NCBI RefSeq assembly: GCF_964355755.1
Contig: NC_092675.1
Location: 5,141,812-5,205,811 of the forward strand
Length of the DNA: 64,000 nt
Reading direction: 5' to 3'
Source: Antedon mediterranea
Lineage: Eukaryota > Animalia > Echinodermata
The notes under the pieces are model-generated. The model searched no databases, had not been told where the DNA came from, and worked only from the letters and a program-made list of their open reading frames with translations. Numbering within the stretch: the stretch's first letter is position 1; each line of letters begins with the position of its first letter. Both the position numbers and the translations under genes were made by a program. Below, piece after piece: positions 36,001 through 49,170 of the stretch.

Positions 36001-37740
36001 ATATAATGCGATGTAAGGAACTTATGTCGAAAGTGCTGATAGTGATTGTAGCAGGTGTATTATGAGGACCTTAATTGTAATTGTAATGTTTTAGTGATAA
36101 CGAAATGAAACATGAAGGTGATTGTCTGTTTGAGCAAGAAATTAAATTTGAAGGAAATTGGACACACACATTTGAACTTGATATAGAAGCGAAATACTCG
36201 GTCTTTTTAATGTGGTGAATTATAAAAATAATAATGACGTGAACATTGGATAGACTTTTTACATGAATTCATAAAATATATACAGCTCGCATAACGAGTT
36301 TTGTTAAATTAGCGTAATTATGTTTATTTTCTATGAACAAGAAATTGCGAAATAAAAGATTGAATTGAATTGAAAAAAATCCAATTAAAAAATCAGGCGG
36401 CCATTATGATGGTATCACAAATAGATCATGTGATGCGAAAATGTTGAACAATTTTCAATCGCTGAAATGTCCTGAATCACTACGCTCGTGTAGCAAATAT
36501 ATTCTTATTCATATATTGTTACTACTGTATTAAAAACCAAAATCTCTGTAAACGCTTCGATGAAATTAATTAATTATGGATTCACTGGTTGTTATTATCA
36601 GTGCTGGATCTCAATAGTGCTGCAAATAATGATAAGTAAAAGGCTAAATCAAAACGGCGGAACGTTTTAGGTAAGTCGGTCCGGTTGAGTGGTCATCGAC
36701 CGTAGGCGTATCTTTATATATAAATTATGGTTAAATGCCATTGAAGTTTAGAATAAATAACTTATAAAAATCGTATATTGTGATACTTATAATGACAAGA
36801 AGTATGCGGAAACAATTACAATAGAAACAGTATAAAATTATTTTAAGGTGTTTACAGTAGAATTATAAAATAGTCTATAATAAAGAATAGATACTTTCCG
36901 AGATTTACAATTATTTATGATTACTGTTGTGGTGTTTGTGGGGCTGTATATACAGCTATATAGCTTTAACAAGGCCATATTCATAGCTGCAGTCGCGTGC
37001 TCAAGTTAGTGTTTACCGACTAACCGACCGACCGACATAGTGAGCTGTAGAGTCGCGTTGCACACGACTAAAATGATGATATATGATATATATTCTTATT
37101 CATATATTTTTACTACTGTATTAAAAACCAAAATCTCTGTAAACGCTACGATGAAATTAAGTAATTATGAATTCACTGGTTGTTATTATCAGTGCTAGAT
37201 CTCAATAGTGCTGCAAATAATGATAAGTAAAAGGCTAAATCAAAACGACGGAACGTTTTAGGTAAGTCTGTTTGGTTGAGTGGTCGTCGACCGTAGGCGT
37301 ATGTTATATAATTTTTATATAAATGCCGTTGAATCTTCTTTTAAAGTTAGTTTAAAGTTAGAATAAATAACTTATTAAAATCGTATATTGTAATAATTTT
37401 AATGAAAAGAAGAAGTATGCGGACAAAAGTACAATAGAAACAGTGTCAAATTATTTTAAGGTGTTTACAGTAGAATTTATGAATGCTGTTTGGGAGTTGT
37501 ATATATAGCTATATAACTTTAAAAATGATGATATGAATTATTGAGTAAGTAAAAATGCCAAGAGGTTAAGGAAATGGGTAGAACGTTCCCGTGGTGATCT
37601 GGTTCACAAAACAGATCTGAGGACAATGTTCAGTTTACTAATCCTAAAAACAATAAAATGTTCAATATGGGCTACTTACCACCGAAAATGGATCCTACGT
37701 GTGACGTCATTAGGTACATTGCAAAAAGTATGAATGCCAT
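33044..37740 (-). CDS. Secreted single YWTD beta-propeller + EGF protein (~335 aa; LRP/nidogen-G3-like), with a +1 frameshift (pseudogene or assembly error)
   Basis: Exons 37740-37680 (MAFILFAMYLMTSHVGSIFG), 35868-35632, 34943-34762, 34570-34437, 33976-33725, 33415-33305 (EGF CGGCMNNGTC...CTCPNGYMGAICE) and 33075-33044 (stop; least certain). LYWLD/LYWTN/LYWSN/MYWCD/LYWTD repeats. An 8-T run at 34892-34899 breaks the frame by one base. Confidence 0.75.
35019..35528. mobile_element. Foldback/MITE (possibly Crypton-associated) in intron
   Basis: TATACAAATAATGAA...GTGTAATGGTACAAATAATGGCAT is inverted at 35481-35528. Positions 35362-35528 form a near-perfect hairpin around TCAACTCGGTGTTGCTTCGTTGA. 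Confidence 0.6.
36497..37535. repeat. Tandem duplication of ~450-490 bp (36497-37087 and 37088-37535)
   Basis: Two highly similar colinear units. The first carries an extra HINE-like insert that the second lacks. Confidence 0.9.
36968..37073 (+). mobile_element. HINE/DINE-1-like (Helentron-associated) non-autonomous element
   Basis: AACAAGGCCATAT...AGTCGCGTGC...(CCGA)n...terminal hairpin AGTCGCGTTGCACACGACT; no TSD. Further copies at 50732-50954 and 60453-60548. Confidence 0.65.
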
Positions 37741-38719
37741 CGTGTTGCTTCTAAAACAGAAAATACCAGAGCCTATTATAACACACTTAGGGATGTGTTT
37801 CCATTTGATTATGATATCGAATAGGATCAAATGTCATGTTTATTTTCTCCCATTTCAACAATGAGATGTATTGCAGAACAATACACTATACTTCCACAAG
37901 TTTTTATTCAGTCAGCTGCTGCTGATAGGTTTCTGTTTCACAAACGATACTTTTTTTCTTTCCAAAAATCGCAAAAAGGTCTTCAGAGACGCGACATTTT
38001 ACAAACTCGCCATCTGATCTAACTTGTCCGGCTTATCTCCCCCATCCATATCTTGTTCTTGGGGCTTTGATCGGGTCAGGAAGGTGGCTAAATTGGTTGA
38101 TGTTTATACTAAACCACTGCCCTGGAGATTTTTAAATGTTTAAAATTGTTTTCGTAAATAAAAATATAGGGTTTATTCAGAGACTATGGGTTGCAAGGTC
38201 TTCAGACTTGGGTGAGTATGAATCCGATATCGAGAAGTGGAGGTCATAGATCAAGAGGAAATCTCAGAATATTTAAATTGCTCCGGTCGAGCTAAAACAA
38301 GGAGAAAAGAGTATGAATCCGATATCAAGGAGGGCGCCACTAAGTTCATGTAATTTCAAAGGCCGAAGTAAAATTAATTTCAAAATTGCTCCGATCGAGC
38401 TAAAACTGTTGATCAATATTGATATTGATATAATGGCGAATGTGGAAGGTGTAGAGTAAATGGTCACACAATTCATATGACTATAGATTCATGTTCTATT
38501 GAATGCATAGCATTTAGCTTAGCACGGCCATTCTGGGAGTTATTTCATTAGCACTTAAATTTTAAAATGGCGTTAGTATATTCAAACAATTGTATTGTAT
38601 GAATTCTTTTGAATATCGAATTTCTACAGTGTCAAATGGAAATAGCGAATAAGAAAGGTCTACTTTTGTGAATAATAAATGTGTGAGGCTTACAGAAAAC
38701 GGATAAAATATCTAGATGA

Positions 38720-40965
38720 TTTTTTTTTTTTTTTTTTTTTTATTATTTATTGCCAAAAACCAGTTACAAACAAACAAAACACAGAAACTAAGGGAGTAGG
38801 CAGGAACCTAAAAGTGAACCTAATCACTATAATAAGAGTTCAGGTTCCGTACTCCCAAAGTAACAACAATGATATAAAATAAACAATATAAAAATATTTA
38901 AAAAACAAATAGACGAATCAACAGTGTCAATATAAAATAAACGGATAAAATACATAATAGTCGATTCAACAAAGTCAATATAAAACATGTGATTTAAGTG
39001 AATTTAAAAATATTTGAAAACTGTCTAAAATTAAAGAATTTTTAATCATTTCCGGTAATTCTTCCCACAACCTAGGGAATATATTAATAGCGGAATGATG
39101 AAGACAATTGGTTCGAGCATAGTGATGAATGAACTTAAGTGTATCAAGGTGACGGCCATTAACAACTAAAGATTGACGAACACTACTACAATCAACCGTT
39201 CCAATAAGTGATTTACAAACAAAGGATAACAGAAGATAATTTCTTCGATTATATAGTGTAGGCCAATTTAGCTTAGTGAGACGTTCCTCGTATTCCATTT
39301 CACCTCTTGTTTGTTTAAGGACAAGCCTAGTAGCCCTTCGCTGGACTGCCTCGATACGTTCTGTAAGTTTTTTGATTCGAGGCAACCACGCTGGGACACC
39401 ATATTCAAGGATGGGGACAATGAGAGCTTTATAGAGTGAGAAAATAGCTGAAGGGGATGATCCTCCTGCAATACTAGTAATAAAACCCAACATTCGATTT
39501 GAACGAGAAATAATTAAGTTTACATGGTCATCCCAAGTAAGTTCACTATTAATCGTGACCCCCAGATGACAATGACTAGATACGGATTTAATAGGCAAGT
39601 CATTTATACGATAAACAGGTCTATACTCTTTCCTTGATCTTGTAATGTGGAGAACCTTGGTTTTATTTAAGTTAAGCTCCATTTCATTTAGATCACACCA
39701 AGAGGAAAGCCTGATCAGATCGCACTGAAGAACAACTTCATCGTCTACAGTAAATATATTTCTATAAATTATCGTGTCATCGGCAAACAATGCACATGGA
39801 GAAATAATAGATGAGGGAAGGTCATTTATAAATAAGTTAAAAATAAGGGGTCCAAGTACGCTGCCCTGTGGTATGCCAGAGGTAACTGGGGATGATGGGC
39901 TAATGGATCCTTGATACAAGACTCTTTGGGAACGTCCCAATAGAAATGACTTGATCCATTTCCAGACATTGCCTCTGATATTAAAGTGGCTAGCCAGCTT
40001 ATTTAAAATAATATGGTGAGGCAGTTTATCAAACGCTTTGGCATAGTCGAGAAAGATAACATCAATTCTGGGGGCTTTAGTTTTATCTAGCGAAGATGCC
40101 CAGGAATGAGTTAGGTTGTTAAGTTGGGTAACACAGGAACGTGAGGGGAAAAAACCGTGCTGGACATCAGTAATTGGACAATTATAAGCAACGTGATCAG
40201 ATATACTTGAAAACAGTATTTTTTCAAGCAGTTTCGAACAAATAGGGGTAAGGGATATTGGTCTGTAATTACAAATTGCATTTTTATCACCAGATTTAAA
40301 TATAGGAGTGATATGGGTATTTTCCACTTAGCGGGGATTTCCCCCATACGCAGGGACAAGTTAAACAAATTAAATAATGGTGGAGCAATAAATTCGGAAG
40401 CAGATTTCAATATGTATGGATGCACGGAATCAGGACCTGGAGATTTATTAGATGAAAGTCCATTAATCACCTTCTCAACATTGTAGACGTTAAAGTTAAG
40501 TTGAGAAAGTTCAGGGATTTGGACATTACAAACCGGAGGTTCACAGCTGGGAATTATGGGTGAGTTAAAAACAGAAACAAAAAAATCATTAAATGAACTA
40601 GCAATTACAGGGTGTGACGAAACATTCACACCATTAATATTAAAAGATAACGGTGCTGGTGATCTTCTACGTTCTCTAACAAAACGCCAGAAAGCTTTAC
40701 GAGTAGAGTCACTTGTAAATAATTTGTTGACATATGAATAATACGACTTATTGCATAGACGCTTAACCTTATTACGAATAGACTTATAGTCATCCCATGC
40801 AGATACAGAACCAATACGTTTGGCTTTTCTAAACAGTCTATGCTTTATATTGATAAATTGCTTGATGTCATTGGTAACCCATGGGGAATGTTTCCGCTGC
40901 TTGCGTGATTTCAACGTAACTGAGTCACGGACAATAGCCAAATAACCAATTAGCAAATTGATAAA
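38720..40965 (-). mobile_element. 5'-truncated CR1/L2-group LINE (RT only, one frameshift)
   Basis: Overlapping ORFs 40111-40956 and 38975-40327 carry KSPGPD, NYRPISLT, FLDYAKAFD, GIPQGSVLGP and FADD. The 3' UTR has a stem-loop at ~38792-38854 and there is a poly(A) tail at ~38720-38741. Confidence 0.95.
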
Positions 40966-43220
40966 GATTTGATTAACATTTGAAAAACCAACAAATCATT
41001 TTACATAATTGGTTACAGAATTGATTAAACAAATATATAGGCTTATTGAACCAAGGCAATCTAACAACAGTATGCTGAGTTCCGGGGACCAAAGGGTTTA
41101 TCTGTGGTTGCGACACGATCAGTTCCACGCCCCTCAACAGACACCGCGCGTCGCGGAGATTATGAACATACACTGTTGGTATTTGTCAAAAATAAGGACT
41201 GTACGAGTTCCTATCTTGGCAAGCCGAGCTCAATGTTCTGTTGTTAGATTGCCTTGATCATAGCTCCACAGTGCCTTGATTTAACTAATTGTGATTATAA
41301 ATAATAGTAATTATTTAATCTCAAATGTACGTACTGTAATTCTACTTTTTAACAATAAAACTTACCCACAGACAAGTTATGTTAAGCTGTTGTAAACTCT
41401 ACCGAACGAATGGAATCCGTGTAACAAACAGGTAGTTGGTTTTTTATTCGATTTATTTATGCTTCAGTGAATATTTTATTGTATGGTCAGAAAGCTAAGA
41501 ATACTCTTTATAATATTCATAATAAATGTGTATTAGTACTGACATATTTGATTGACACAGTACTTGACCTAATTGATTGTGAATTTCTATAGAAAAAAAA
41601 ACACAAAACAACTCATCTAGATTTCAAAATATGGTATACACGAAAAGGTTTTGGGTTGGGCTAACTTAAGATATAAGATATCGAGTCTCATTATGTAGGA
41701 AAAAGTTGAAAATTAAATAATAATATATTTCCACAGATACCAAAGTATTTAAAATATTAATTAATGCACCACGCAAATTGCGATTGAAACATCGCATGAT
41801 TTATAAAACGTGTTGCGTATTTCCTAACGACTGTATAATGGATAACTTGTTCTGTGTTATTTTATTTGTTTGTCTTTTGTGCGGTGCAACCAAGGAAATG
41901 CATACCCGATAGGCTCCCATTTTCTTTGACGTCAGATAACCTCCTACACAATACTGTTCCCTTGTCTTTTAAATTTATTAATTGTATATTTACCAACCAA
42001 TGATAATAAAAACACTGTGTGCAATTTCCCTTTTTTTATTAATGTATAATGTAAATACACAATTTTGTTTTGTATTAACAACTCAAATATATAAATCTAA
42101 TACAAGCATGCATGAGTAATATACACATTTATTTTCACGCTGCTGCTCTAGCCCGCTACGTCACACGAGATGACTCATTCATTAGATGAAATCAAGCAGC
42201 TTTATAGTACTACACTTTGACATTTTTGTTAAAATGGAAACTCCACTATAATTTATTATATAGGTACCACCTGTTGAATCCAAAAACGGCTCGGAAAAGA
42301 GTCTAACGACAAATCCCAAAGCATTTCTGGTATTTATGAGTCCCATGATATTACTATAATTCGCTATCAGATAATCATTGAATTATTATCAAAACAGTCC
42401 ATTGAAGTTTTTGTTTGTAATAGGATACTTGAAGTATCTAGGTGTGATGAAGTGACCCCCAGACTTGACCTTAGCAATAACAATAAGTGAGCAGCGTTTT
42501 TTTGTAAGAAATATTCTTGTTTATGAATTTGAAAACTAAGAAAGCATAATATAGGCCTAAGGTTTAATTTACAGTCCCAGGACTCGAGACCCGTATGTAG
42601 GTTGACTTTATGGGGTCACTGAATTGCACTTTTTGACCTAGGTAAACAAAAATGTTCGGAAGGCCAAAACTTTTTACATAACAATAAAACCAACAATTGC
42701 AGAAAGTTACAGTAATAAACATGTATTCCGCATTTTTCCTAAACATATTAGCCTCAGTCACTTGGGGTAGATAATCGCGTCTTCAAAGGGTTAAAAGTAA
42801 TATTGTCTTGTTATATCATAACAAATTGAAAATTAATAATTTGAAACACCAACAATTGGAAATTAATTTTTGTTAACTCAAACAAAATGATACACAAATA
42901 ATAGATAATTATAGCAGGCATTTCATTCTTTCCTGATTATAGCAATAAAGAGATATACTAAAATAAAACACATTTCTGTACTATACGCATTTTGTAGTTA
43001 ATTGTAGTTAAGACAAATACTGTTTAATTCTCATTGTCTAAAATATTACAAACCTAATTTTCATCTATAATTATTTAAAAACAAGATAACTCATTAGACA
43101 TTATCATATGAAATAAAACAGAACTATACATTCTCTACATATTGTACTGACGTCGGCATTACAGAAAAGTAAGACACCTAGATATTGTTAGAACATTATT
43201 TTCGATATTTTTTTATAATT

Positions 43221-46200
43221 TTAAAAGTTTATCAAGATGGGTCGATTGTCATGAGCAACAATTTGTTGATCATAATGATGGGCAGGCACCCGTGGTTCAG
43301 CAATAAAAGATCCTACAACACTTTCGTAGAGATGTTCATTATCACGTTCATCAATTGGTCTTTCTGGCCTCTGGTCATATATAGTAGGAACATAGCGAAT
43401 ACCCGGAGAAGGTGGGGTGTGTGGAACTTGATCAGGTGTTCGGTGACGGTAAATCACAAAAACGATGATAACCAAAAGTAAAACAAATACGATTGAAGGA
43501 ACAGTTCCATAAAGTGCTCTAAAAATAAAATTACCGGGTAGTTATTTATTAGTAGTAATGTAAACAGTTTAACCAGCGTATTTCTTTACCAATCACATTT
43601 GAAACATATAATAGATAGGCCTAGACGTTACATACATGATATATTCATTTGTTGACTTTTCTGATGGATCCGTGTGGATTGATACAAAATCAGTTTTCCT
43701 GTTTCCAATCACGTCTGTAGCCTGTACCCAAAATGTGAGCTTATCGTTTAATTCGGTATCAAGTTCAAATCTTACCATTTCATCCTAAAATTGTAAAACA
43801 CATAGTATACTTTGTATCGGTGTATCTTACTCCATTGTCATATTAAAGTAGTCAAAGTCAATCAGAATGGTGTGTATCATCCTATTTAATTGATAACAAC
43901 AATAATAATAATTTAATGAAAGTACCAAGTCATTTGGTAACAACTCCCATTTGTGTTCAACTTCTGTTACACCATCTTGTGTCACAGCATATTCGAACCT
44001 CACAATTCCGTTTTTATTAGAAATCGCTGATAGGGGACGCCCTGTTGGCGGGGCATCTGAATCGTACGCTTCTTCAAATACGTCATCGATCTTAATTGTG
44101 AATAGCAGACCTTCATTGACATGTAGTTCGTTATAAAATCGGTCTTTCCACGATAACGTAATCTAATACGGTAACAAAGTGCCTTGGATTAAGACATGGT
44201 TATAATAATGGTTATTAAAAGCAAAGAACTTATAACACAAGAATCTCCTGTTCGTCCGAAGCGCGTAACAATTTCGAAAGGCATTGTGGGATAGAATAGA
44301 GCTATGGGTGGCGCCATTGTGAGCCATGGAGTAAGGCGCCCGCATCAAATTAGAAAGTCAAAATCATAGAGGGGATCTGGTAATACTCTATGGGGTGGGG
44401 GGGGGGGGGGGGGTAGAGTAATTGACTGAGGAGTAGGGCGCCCGCATCAAATTAGAAAGTCAAAATGCTGTGAAATGGCGTCGCCCAGTTTGACATTTTA
44501 ACCCTGTACTTCCGATACTGTGTTTTGAATGCAAATTGAAGAACAGGAGATTCTTGTGTTATAAGTTCTTTGTTAAAAGATAATTACATAATCAAAAGTA
44601 TATATGCAAACATTTTGTGAACGCCAAATCAGTGGCTGACGTTATCTCAGTTATTTAATACAACTTGAAATCCGTTGATAAGTTAACTGATATTACTGAT
44701 AATCAACATTGATATAATTAATATTTTAATATGTTGTTTTACAATAATGGTTCATCGAATATCGCATAATGTACTTGTTTTATAATCTGATTATAAGCCA
44801 ACATTTAATACAAATAATTTTGAAAATAAAAATATACTTGTTCGTTTCCATTTATAGGTATTTGTACTCCTGAATTGTTGTTATACTTCACACCATCAAC
44901 GGTGAGATGAATGGAACTGTCGCCTGCTATTGATATTTCACTCTGGTTATCAAAAATTAAGCAACGTCGTGCATTTCGACTGTTAGCAGCAGTATCATTG
45001 ACACTCAAAACCACACAGTATACACCTGTGTATGGAAATAGCTTATACTTCTTATTTGTCGAAATAAAAAAAAACATAAATATGATTCTACCAGAAATAA
45101 TATATGTTTTGTTAGTTCGACTGCAATTTAACAACATCCGCCTTTTAAAGATGGAGCTGTCTGTCTTCCTTTTGTCGTTTCACTTTTTAGAAAATTGAAA
45201 AAAATACCTGGAGACGTTGGATTAAATCTTGCTTCATATTCTTCTCTACTTTGAAAAACGTTCAGAGTAGTACACTCTTTAGGTAAATCAAGAACGTTAT
45301 TACTAGGAATCATTTTGCAAACTTTCACGTCATATGAAGATACTCCCGATGCATCCATCCAAGCCGACCACTTGATCACACACTCAGTCTGAAAATAATC
45401 TTTCAATAATTACACCACAATTGGAAATTTGACTGATTTTCAATAAATCTCTAAAGGGCAATTAGGCTACTTGTAAGAAGGTTGGGCACATACAATTACT
45501 TTGATTAAACATTTTCTATGAAAATAAATGTTTACATTTTTACCGATTTTGTATATCGATCACCAATTTCCAACGCATTTCCAACACAAGTTGAGGCTCG
45601 TGGAGTTAAAACTGAACAGTGAGTTGGTGGTTCAAAATCTAAAATAAATCACGTATACAAATCGATTCATTATATTAGTAATAATATGAAACGTTAAATT
45701 AGATTTGGATTTGATAGATTCATTTAAAATAGAGAATACTACCTGCGATAATACATAATCCCCCTGGTTGAGTAAGTCGACTATCGCTACCCTTCAATGA
45801 TGAAATTCCAGTTCTTCTATCAACTTGGTATATACCAGCAACTGTCCAATCGGACCAATACAAATAGTTTCCATATATTTCAATATCAAAAGGATGCCTT
45901 CCAACGACAGAAATAATCGTTCTTCTGTTGGTTCCGTCGAGGTTAGCTTCTTCAATTCTATCAGTGCCAGCATCACACCAATACATTTTTCCATCTTGAA
46001 AATAATTATATCGAACCAATTTGAAAACAAGTTCAAGTGATTAGGCCTGATTAGCCATTTGATGGCGGGTGCAATCACTAATTATGTTGGAACGATACAA
46101 AACTTGACCAGAATAATTTTTATTCAAAATCGTAATAATGGGCACTCTCAAGATTCGTAATGAATCGTATTCGATTATTTTATACTCGAGTGTTTTATGA

Positions 46201-48712
46201 ATGGTGTACGAACGACGTGGGGAAATGGGGTAGGGGTGGGGTTAACAATGATTAACAGCTTGACTTACCAGGAACTGATAAAACAAGGCCGTTTGGATAA
46301 ACAAGTTCTGTCGTCACTAGCGCGGTTCTGGTACTCGAGTCGTTTAATTGCGCGCGCTCTATCATCTGTGATCCGCTACCCCAATCAGTCCAGTACAGGT
46401 ATCTAGGGAAGCACAATTTCTGTTAATTATTACATTAGTTTACAGTACAGTACAGTATACCCGTGACTGAAATAGACAGAATATACTCAACCTAATCCAC
46501 ACGTTATTAATGAAAATAAAAACAATTTCAATTGTAATAATGGAGTTATTACAATTTATACGGAGAGACTTAGGTCAGTGAAAACAGGTAGGCCTAGCAA
46601 GTTAATTGAAAATTGAGTGGTATACCCGTTAGTTGTGTCTATCTCAATTGCTCGTGGCTCGTCTAATGATGTGTCAAACAAAATTGTTCTGTTCGTTCCA
46701 TCCAGATTTATTACTTCAATTCGGTCTTCTACAGTACTTGTCCAGTAAAGTTTTTCTCCAGTTCCATCAACGGCTAAGCCATCCACAACTTTATTAAAAA
46801 AATAAAATAAATTAAACTAAACCTTAATGTTGTACATTTGAAGTCTTGATTCATTTATGAAAACTAAATGTATATTTTACAAAAGTTCGAACCTTTTAGT
46901 TGTTATATACAAATTAACCCAATACAAAATTCAATTCTATGAATGTATTATTATGGTTTGAGGTTTTAGACATTTTGAAAATAGGCCATAAGGTACGGTA
47001 TGAATATAACATAATACATCAAGTGAGACGAATTGGCTACATATGATGCTTACATTATTATAACACATTTTGTCTTTTGATTGGTTAATAATGTATCACG
47101 TGCCGTAAATAGTAAGTTCTACCAAACGGATAGTTAATTTCACGTTCAGCTTTTTGTAAACCTTTTAAGAATGAAATGCAAGCCAAGGGTTGTAGTGTCG
47201 CACCAAGAACTGTTGTGCTGACGCTTCCACCTTTGATGGAAGCGGTGTGTTGATAAAATACAATTTTACCTTAGAACGTAGGTGGTGTGTTAAAACAAAT
47301 AATAAATGTTTTCTATTCGTTTAATGAACAGTATATTTCTCGTTGTAAGTCTATTGACTCGCCTCCCCAGGACAGTGAATCTGTCAATTTATGACATGTA
47401 TATATTATATCAACCGAGCAGTCTTTTGTATACTACACATTAGACAAATTACACGCTGTTTGTCTAATGCTAATGTAAATATCTGTATAGTAACATTCCT
47501 TACAACTGGTATTCCCCAAAAGTTATATTTTCATAAAAATAATATTTGTAGAACAGCGTGGATTGTGACGTAAGTTTAACAATGGAACAGATGGTTGTAA
47601 ATATTATTAATTGTTACTGAATAAAATTCTTCTAAACATTTCGCAGTTTTAATAAAGTTGATCACTTCCGTAGGAAAAAAAATGTTTAAAACACAAAATA
47701 AACGGTTAAATTTAACCAGAAGCCTATTTACTTCTAGTCAATTAGACTATTTTTTGTTTACATTACAGTTTTTAGGTAAATAATTTTTTTTTCGATCCAA
47801 TAATTATTATATGACATTAGAATAGCATTTTCAACAAAAATTATATTGTTAAAAAAATGCTTTCAATGGGACAATATATCTTTCATAAAAGCGAGAAAAT
47901 GTAAGAATAGAATTGTTCTAACCTCCTGATTCAAAAGAGACTAAAACTTCATGTTGTTCAGTGACAAATGAATAGCGTTCAATGGAAGACTTGCCTACGT
48001 CAGACCAATATACTGTTGATGTGTTAGGATCATAATCAAGAGCCACTGGTCTATTTAGTTGAATATTGCCAATTGCTAATGTAAAACTTATATCCGTACT
48101 GCTGCCGCTGGAACCTAAATTTGACATGTAAATGCCTGGTGGGTCAATGTTAGTAACAAAGACAATAGGCTCACTACCTGTAAAGTAATAACGTTTAATT
48201 GAATATACTTACAATAAATAAAATACATTGATTCATTCATTTGTATAAATAAGGCCTATTTGTTGATGGATTCAAACATGGAGAGAGGCATTATAATATA
48301 CCAATAGATAACAGTTTTGGTCCTCTCTCCTTCATCTTTTTTTTTTATTTATTAGACCATATAATAATATGGACAATTGTCTAAAATAAAGTTGAATTGA
48401 ATTCCTCTTTTCAGGGATTTATTTCAATAGGCCTATATGTTTAGGCATTGGCCATTGTTTTTACTATATATACATAAACATAACACCTTTATTGTATTTC
48501 TTTTTTTGGATAATCTATAAGATTCATTTAAAACACATATACGTCTTCTCGCATGTATAAAAATATGTACTCAAAAGATGTAATCCATTGTGTGACAGTA
48601 ACATAGGCTATGGCTTTAAATGCATTCATTATTATAGAAAATACTTACCAACAACGAGTCCTATGCGTAACATCAATAGAATATACATTACATTTATGAA
48701 TAATTCTGCCAT
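43221..48712 (-). CDS. Type-I membrane receptor (~671 aa): SP, YWTD propeller, uncharacterised ~280-aa beta-rich module, TM, Tyr-motif tail
   Basis: Eleven phase-consistent exons: 48712-48649, 48177-47923, 46788-46626, 46402-46269, 45994-45743, 45638-45544, 45388-45208, 45025-44838, 44162-43926, 43784-43636, 43518-43221 (2016 nt, ends TAA). Signal peptide [22 protein letters not shown]; VYWSD/LYWTS/LYWTD/MYWCD/LYWSD; [17 protein letters not shown] followed by RHR; tail with [15 protein letters not shown] and HYDQ. Confidence 0.85.
44222..44572. mobile_element. P-element-like MITE in the receptor intron
   Basis: Perfect ~32-bp TIRs CAAAGAACTTATAACACAAGAATCTCCTGTTC; 7-bp TSD TTAAAAG; internal direct repeat GGCGCCCGCATCAAATTAGAAAGTCAAAAT x2 around a poly-G tract. 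Confidence 0.8.
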
Positions 48713-49028
48713 TTTACTTTACTCTATAACAAAAAACAACGGAAAATTGCATCTCTATACCTTTAATACGTCGTTTCAAAGTATCACAACATTTGTCTAT
48801 TTAATATACTTTATTTGTTTTCTTATCTGAATTATCACGATAATCACGCTACGACGATGAGTTGTTGTTTGTTTTGTTTTTGTTTTTTTAAATGATAAAT
48901 ATAGTATAGGCCTATAACATGGTGTATACACAGCAAATATTATAGTTTGAAACACATTTTTAGAAACTCTTTCTATGCCGCCTACATTCACATGAATTCT
49001 AAGTTTTTTTAAACCGTACATATTATAC

Positions 49029-49170
49029 CTGATGAAGCAATGGTGTTTCCAAGAGCTTAGTAGTTTCTTTATGTCTGTTTTGTTGGTTTTGATTTACCTT
49101 TTGGATCCAGCCACTGATATCCAGAGCATCGAAACGTTTTCAGTAATTTAAATGTTTTGGATTTATAATA
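49029..49170 (+). mobile_element. Penelope-type pLTR-like fragment
   Basis: Starts CTGATGAAG and shares GATCCAGCCACTGATA...TTTTCAGTAATTT...TTTGGATTTA with the minus strand of 62015-62205. Confidence 0.45.

Noticed and set aside
41366-41430. Signal-peptide exon for the secreted YWTD gene
   Set aside because: There is a stop codon in the required phase, and a good signal exon exists at 37740-37680. At most this is a 5' UTR exon.
42740-42794. piggyBac element (GGGTTAA end)
   Set aside because: Only one candidate terminus found, with no partner TIR.
33044-48712. A single LRP-family gene with two propellers
   Set aside because: The upstream unit ends in a TM segment, tail and stop at 43221, the downstream unit has its own signal-peptide exon, and there are no LDLa repeats.
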